Shown piece by piece: positions 15,941-20,548 of a DNA stretch of 20,548 nucleotides. The position numbers and the translations under genes were made by a program. Numbering within the stretch: position 1 is the first letter of the stretch; each line of letters starts with the position of its first letter. Source of the stretch: an uncultured Pseudomonadota bacterium (lineage in GTDB: Bacteria; SAR324; NAC60-12). The notes beneath the pieces are model-generated. The model was given only the letters and a program-made list of their open reading frames with translations, searched no databases and was not told the origin of the DNA. Location of the stretch: the NCBI GenBank assembly GCA_913020725.1, contig CAJWCD010000061.1, positions 1-20,548 of the forward strand, written 5' to 3'.

Positions 15941-16596
15941 CCTTCAATCGCGTAGCGCCGAACCGGTGGAGGATTACTCCGTTGCGTGAGGGGGTTTTTG
16001 GTGCAGTGGCGGAGGAACCCCGCATCAATAAAGCGGAAGGGGAGGTGTTCATCACGTCCGGGAGAGATGCCGAGCCGGGTGGTTTGCAGAACTTCCGGAG
16101 GAGGCTCGCTCATGTCTAGCAACTCCAGTCGTCCCGGTTGAAACGTCCGCTGATCCCACTCCGGCACCTTGAGGTCGAGGGATTGGCAGAACAGCGTCTG
16201 TCCGGAGCAAAGCGTTTCTGGAGGACGGAGGCGTCCGTTGACGGGATTGAGTTGCTGCATGTGTTGAAGCATCGCGGGGTCCGGAGCGGGCCACGGCCAC
16301 AGAATCCCGGACTTGATCAGCACGGCGTTGCCCTCACCCCGACAGCTCAGATTGAAAGAATCTCCACCACGGGCGTAGTACATGTAGATCGTGCCGGGTG
16401 GCATGAAGAGGGCGTTGCGCTTGGGAGTCCAGCCCAACGAGGCGTGACTGCCCTTCTCCTCCAGCAAATATGCTTCAATTTCGATGATGCGGGCGCAGAG
16501 CCAGTGTCCGCCCACCTTGTGCCGCAGCACCTTTCCCAGCAAATCCGGAGCGATGACGCGGGGATCGCGGTCGAACCAATCTGGAGTGATTTTCAT
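15937..16596 (-). CDS. DNA-3-methyladenine glycosylase (MPG/AAG family)
   Basis: 'IAPDLLGKVL', RIIEIEAY, SHA, PGTIYMY, AVLI, 'TRLGIS...LPFRF'. Confidence 0.9.
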   Translation of the reverse strand: MKITPDWFDRDPRVIAPDLLGKVLRHKVGGHWLCARIIEIEAYLLEEKGSHASLGWTPKRNALFMPPGTIYMYYARGGDSFNLSCRGEGNAVLIKSGILWPWPAPDPAMLQHMQQLNPVNGRLRPPETLCSGQTLFCQSLDLKVPEWDQRTFQPGRLELLDMSEPPPEVLQTTRLGISPGRDEHLPFRFIDAGFLRHCTKNPLTQRSNPPPVRRYAIEG

Positions 16597-16609
16597 GTGT
16601 GGTTTGGGT

Positions 16610-16672
16610 TCACCGCAGAGGCGCAGAGGACACAGAGATTTTTTCTCCGTGATCTCTACACCTCTGCGGTGA
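16610..16672. repeat. Palindromic intergenic element built from 9-bp CAGAG subrepeats
   Basis: TCACCGCAGAGG-CGCAGAGG-ACACAGAG ... CTCCGTG-ATCTCTACA-CCTCTGCGGTGA; 12-bp perfect terminal inverted repeat. Confidence 0.75.
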
Positions 16673-16685
16673 GAAAACCGGGAGA

Positions 16686-17759
16686 CTACTCAAGCGGCTC
16701 GATCCAGCCAAAGGGGTCGTCGATGCGTCCGTACTGGAGGTCGGTGAGGTGCTGGAAGAATTTTTGCGCGATCGGGCCGGTTTGGCCATCCCCGATGACG
16801 AGGTTCTGGTCCTTGAAATTGAGCAGGCTCACGGGCGAGATGACCGCAGCGGTTCCGGAGCCAAAGACCTCGGTGAGGGAGCCGTTGCTAATGCGCTCTT
16901 GCACTTCGTCAATGGGGATGCGGCGCTCGACCACCGTCATCTCCCAGTGCTGGGCGAGTTCGATGACGGAGCGGCGGGTGATACCCGGTAGGATGGTTCC
17001 GGTGAGCTGCGGGGTGTGGAGTTCCCCGTCGATCACAAAGAAGATGTTCATCGCCCCCACTTCCTCCACAAAACGACGCTCGACAGCATCAAGCCAGAGG
17101 ACTTGTGTGAAACCGCGCTCCTTGGCTTCTTTTTCTGCAAGGTTACTGGCGGCGTAGTTCCCGCCCGTCTTGGCTTCTCCCACACCTCCGGGTGCGGCGC
17201 GGACGTAAGCGGTGCAGACCGTGATCTTGACAGGATTGAAACCCTCCGGATAGTAGGGACCAACCGGAGAGAGGATGATGTAAAAGAGGTATTTCGAGGA
17301 AACCTTGAGACCGAGAAATTCTTCGGTGGCGATCAGCGTGGGTCGGATGTAGAGCGAGGTTCCGGGTTCGGTCGGAATCCAGTCGCAATCCTGCCGGATG
17401 AGTTGCTTGAGCGCGTCAAGCGTGGCTTCCACGTCAAGTTCTGGAAGGCACATGCGGCGGGCGGTCTTGTTCATGCGCTCAAAGTTGAGCCGGGGCCGGA
17501 ACAGCGTGGCCTTGCCCTCGTCCGCCTGATACGCCTTTAACCCTTCAAACGCCTCCTGCCCATAATGTAGCACTAGCGCAGAGGGGGCGAGGGAGAGTGG
17601 ACCAAAAGGTTGGATCTGTTTGTTGTGCCAGCCCTTCCCGGTCTCCCACTCCATCGTGAGCATGTGGTTGCTGAAGAGGGTGCCAAACCCCACGCCTGAC
17701 ATCGTGCTGGGTGGGCTACGGCGTTGGTCGGGGGAGACGGGAAACAATGCGAGGTTCAT
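16686..17759 (-). CDS. ilvE: Branched-chain amino acid aminotransferase
   Basis: LHYGQEAFEGLKAY, SLYIRP, AKTGGNY (PLP Lys), EEVGAMN, ILPGITR, GSGTAAVISP. Confidence 0.96.
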   Translation of the reverse strand: MNLALFPVSPDQRRSPPSTMSGVGFGTLFSNHMLTMEWETGKGWHNKQIQPFGPLSLAPSALVLHYGQEAFEGLKAYQADEGKATLFRPRLNFERMNKTARRMCLPELDVEATLDALKQLIRQDCDWIPTEPGTSLYIRPTLIATEEFLGLKVSSKYLFYIILSPVGPYYPEGFNPVKITVCTAYVRAAPGGVGEAKTGGNYAASNLAEKEAKERGFTQVLWLDAVERRFVEEVGAMNIFFVIDGELHTPQLTGTILPGITRRSVIELAQHWEMTVVERRIPIDEVQERISNGSLTEVFGSGTAAVISPVSLLNFKDQNLVIGDGQTGPIAQKFFQHLTDLQYGRIDDPFGWIEPLE

Positions 17760-17884
17760 GTTTATTCTGCGGTAAAGGCGAGGAAAACGAGTCCGAAATT
17801 CAGATGCAACTCATCCTAGCACCTTCGGCGGGCAACGAGAAGTGTGGAGGTGGGGGGGAAGCTTTGGAGCAATGCCTTTCCGGA

Positions 17885-17994
17885 AGAATTCAGGAGTCGG
17901 TATTCAGGAGTCAGGGGTTGGCATGGACGGAGTCGGATGATGATTTAGCGTCAGGCCACGACCCGTCCATTCTGACTCCTGACTCCTGGATTCT
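17885..17994. repeat. Palindromic element with heptamer (CAGGAGT) subrepeats in inverted arms
   Basis: Left arm AGAATTCAGGAGTCGGTATTCAGGAGTCAGG, right arm TTCTGACTCCTGACTCCTGGATTCT. Confidence 0.7.
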
Positions 17995-17997
17995 CCA

Positions 17998-18147
17998 TTA
18001 TTCCCGCGCGTTCAGCACTTCCATCTGGCGGCGGACCTGCGTTTCGCGGAGGTCGTCGTAGTGGTTCCAGACATAAAACAGGCCGTAGCCACAGGTGATG
18101 ATGAGGAAGATCGCGACCGCACTGGTCAGCTTGGGACCGGAGGGCAT
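17998..18147 (-). CDS. 49-aa single-TM small protein
   Basis: MPSGPKLTSAVAIFLIITCGYGLFYVWNHYDDLRETQVRRQMEVLNARE. ATG lies 7 nt after the upstream gene's stop; it is the C-terminal part of track ORF 17998..18627. Confidence 0.6.
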   Translation of the reverse strand: MPSGPKLTSAVAIFLIITCGYGLFYVWNHYDDLRETQVRRQMEVLNARE

Positions 18148-18154
18148 GGGGCGT

Positions 18155-19738
18155 TTAACGCTGCGAGAGGGTGCGTGTGTCTGCGGTCTCCGGATCGGAG
18201 AGCTTGTGGATGGGGCGCCGCTGCTTGGGAACCACACCCACGACCACAGGACGGGAGATGCTGCCGAAAACGTCACGGAAGAAGGCGAAGAGTCGGTCGC
18301 CTGGAACACGGCCTTCAAGGCTGACCGCCGCTGCAATGCGGAAACGCTGCGCGGGTGCGCTAAGCGTAAACTGCGCGAGGGGTGGAACCTCCGAACTCCA
18401 ACCGAGGTGGTAGCCATTGACCCCGTTTTCGTCAAACGCGACCAGCACGGCAACGCCCTTTTCCAGAAAACGTGATTGCCCGTTGACCAAACCTTCCGCT
18501 CCACCAATCGGCGGTCGGCGGTCCACGATGATTTGCAGCACGGGCGTTGCTGCGGCGTTGCCTGCCGTGTCCCGGAACCAGACGTGCAGGGTGCGTGGAC
18601 CCTCCACATCTCCGAGGGGAACGGCAACCAACTGCTTGAACTTTGGCTCCGGAGGGTTGATGAGCTTAAACTCGTAGGGTTCGGGGCGCACTCGGCTTTC
18701 CGAGATGTAGTAGCCGCTCACGCCCTGCGGATCCTCGGCGTTGAGGATGAGCAGCACCTTGTCCCCGGACGCCCGCTCCTTGCCAGATGCAAGTTGCACA
18801 AAACCCTGCGGTCCGTCCATGTCCTGCGGGGCGGGTTTGCGGAAATCGAGTCGCACCCGCTCGGAGATGCGTGCGGAGAGATTGCCCGCCTCGTCACGCA
18901 GCCACGCATGGAGCGCGAGCATGGTGGGAATGGGCTGGTTGCGGGGAAGTTGGTACATCGTGCGCACGTCCAACCGGTTGCGTTCCTCGACCTTGATCCA
19001 ATCTGGGGAGCCCCACTCCGGAGGTTCCGGGTGAGGCGAAAGTGCGTAAGCCACAATCCCGTGGTCATCCCAACCGCTGAGCCGCACCCGCCACGCCCGG
19101 ATGTCCTGCGGCACGGAAGGCTTGATGCGCAAGGCGAACGGCACTCGCTGCTTGGGATCCATTCCGGGTGTCAGCAGGTCAATGTGGGCCTGTGAATGAT
19201 CGGACTTGAGGACGTGTACCGGAATCTCGCGCTGCACCACCTCACCAAGATCGTCGTGCAAGAACCACGAGTCGCCGAGGTGCAGCTTGCCGGGCTTGAG
19301 TTGAATGGAGCTTGGGGGATCTTCCGGTTGCACACGGTAGCTGAAGCGCAGGGCGTGCGTGCCGCTACCCTCCACAAAACGGGCGGCCTGTTCCACCTCT
19401 CCCAGCAGAATTTTGAGGTGTGGCGCATCCAGCGTGTTCTCAGGCACCGGATCGGTCACCACCCGACACTTGGGGTGGCAAGGGTCGGTTTTGTTGGAAT
19501 GCCGCGAGACCGTCACGGGGCGGTTGAAATGCGCGTCCCACAGCACCACCCCACCGTCCCGGATGTGCCGGGCTGTGAGGCGCCGCACGTCCAGAATCAC
19601 CGCTCCCGTGCTAGGGCTTTGTGGGGACACCTGTGCCGGAGTCGTCCCTGCGTGGTTATCAAGCGCCGCTGCCGGGAAGGCAGAAAGCAGCAGGAAAACG
19701 CAGAGAGGGAGCAGTGGTGTCGGGCAGGATTTAGGCAT
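18155..19738 (-). CDS. Exported hypothetical protein with three repeated beta-rich (Ig-like) modules
   Basis: Signal peptide ending AAA-L. Three repeats: 'DDHGIVAYALS...LHAWLRDEAGNLS', 'DPQGVSGYYIS...LHVWFRDTAGNAA', 'DENGVNGYHLG...LFAFFRDVFGSIS'. Confidence 0.7.
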   Translation of the reverse strand: MPKSCPTPLLPLCVFLLLSAFPAAALDNHAGTTPAQVSPQSPSTGAVILDVRRLTARHIRDGGVVLWDAHFNRPVTVSRHSNKTDPCHPKCRVVTDPVPENTLDAPHLKILLGEVEQAARFVEGSGTHALRFSYRVQPEDPPSSIQLKPGKLHLGDSWFLHDDLGEVVQREIPVHVLKSDHSQAHIDLLTPGMDPKQRVPFALRIKPSVPQDIRAWRVRLSGWDDHGIVAYALSPHPEPPEWGSPDWIKVEERNRLDVRTMYQLPRNQPIPTMLALHAWLRDEAGNLSARISERVRLDFRKPAPQDMDGPQGFVQLASGKERASGDKVLLILNAEDPQGVSGYYISESRVRPEPYEFKLINPPEPKFKQLVAVPLGDVEGPRTLHVWFRDTAGNAAATPVLQIIVDRRPPIGGAEGLVNGQSRFLEKGVAVLVAFDENGVNGYHLGWSSEVPPLAQFTLSAPAQRFRIAAAVSLEGRVPGDRLFAFFRDVFGSISRPVVVGVVPKQRRPIHKLSDPETADTRTLSQR

Positions 19739-19975
19739 GGAACCTCAAAGGTGTGGTGTCTCGTCCACCTCGCTTTTGCAAATCTCGGTCCATCCAAGAA
19801 TTTTGTCCTCCCCCGGTGTTTCTGCTTGCAAAACCGCTCGGGGATGCGTATATTCCAAATCATTGACGCACCCGGCAAGCGAAATGGGGTGACCTGCTTT
19901 TGCTTGTCCGGTGCTAAATGGAAGGGGTGGTTGAGCCACGTCTTCTTTCCTAAATCCCTTGCTTGGAGAAAAGCG

Positions 19976-20548
19976 ATGACCTTGTGCAAAAAACTCATCA
20001 TTGCCGTCAGCACTCTGCTACTGGCCACGGCTGCGTTTGCCGATTCCAAAGGCAACCGCAAGAGCAACATGCTGCTCATTGGAAAGACCGCTGGCATCCA
20101 CCCCTTCTATATCCTCAACCAACCGTATCGTTTTGAACTCCCAGGCGAAAGCTGGTCATTCGGGTTGGAATATGGATCGTCCACAGCAAGTATCCTTTCC
20201 AAATCGTTCACGTTGAGCAACCAAGGCTTGTATGCCCGTTGGTTTCCGGGCAACTCCTTCAACATCTTGATGGGCTACTTCCAGCGTGGGATTGCCAGCG
20301 ATGGCTGGACCACGACCAACGCTTCCTTGGGAACCGTCACCTATAAGGTGGACACGAAAATCACAGACCTTGGCTTGGCCATTGGCAACCAATGGATTTT
20401 TGACTTTGGACTTACGCTGGGGGCTGACTGGTTGATGTTGGGCTCGGGATCTGCCACCACAACGGCGACAGTCACCTCCGGGACGGAAGACACGACCAGT
20501 AAGGCCAAGGCCTCCAGCAATACTAAGGTCTCGACTTCTGGTGTCGTC
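19976..20548 (+). CDS. Probable outer-membrane beta-barrel protein, partial (runs off the window end)
   Basis: Open frame from ATG 19976 (GGAG RBS) to the end, absent from the ORF track. Signal peptide MTLCKKLIIAVSTLLLATAAFA, then amphipathic strands 'WSFGLEY', 'LYARWFPGNSFNILMGY', 'LGLAIGNQWIFDFGLTLGADW'. Confidence 0.7.
   Translation, partial: MTLCKKLIIAVSTLLLATAAFADSKGNRKSNMLLIGKTAGIHPFYILNQPYRFELPGESWSFGLEYGSSTASILSKSFTLSNQGLYARWFPGNSFNILMGYFQRGIASDGWTTTNASLGTVTYKVDTKITDLGLAIGNQWIFDFGLTLGADWLMLGSGSATTTATVTSGTEDTTSKAKASSNTKVSTSGVV

Noticed and set aside
16138..17157. 339-aa plus-strand ORF, and similar long antisense ORFs (3882-4748, 11900-12652, 14854-15624, 18476-19195)
   Set aside because: These are shadows of well-supported genes on the opposite strand in GC-rich DNA, with no recognisable motifs.
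19745..19939. 64-aa minus-strand ORF upstream of the exported protein
   Set aside because: It has no motif, a GTG start and no clear RBS, and lies in a divergent promoter region. It cannot be supported from sequence alone.

Overview
Bacterial chromosomal window with GC-rich flanks (Gram-negative gene content; a deltaproteobacterium/SAR324-like host is only a guess). It opens with the 46-bp 3' half of a tRNA-Thr(CGT), probably the att site of an element lying left of the window. Next come benE, an orphan sensor kinase and a purE-purK-purC-purS//purQ cluster. The normally adjacent purS and purQ are split by a ~4.2-kb AT-richer three-gene insert. It encodes a tandem TerB-like protein and, convergent with it, a MotB/ZorB-like protein with a ~440-residue hendecad coiled coil followed by a MotA/ZorA-like channel subunit. 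This rearranged Zorya/stator-like module, with no visible nuclease or helicase effector, is the main candidate for an undescribed system. The right half is housekeeping: fructosamine kinase + LMW-PTP + metallophosphoesterase, a K+-dependent membrane pyrophosphatase, MPG glycosylase, ilvE and several exported or membrane proteins. Three unrelated palindromic REP/MITE-like elements sit in consecutive intergenic gaps.
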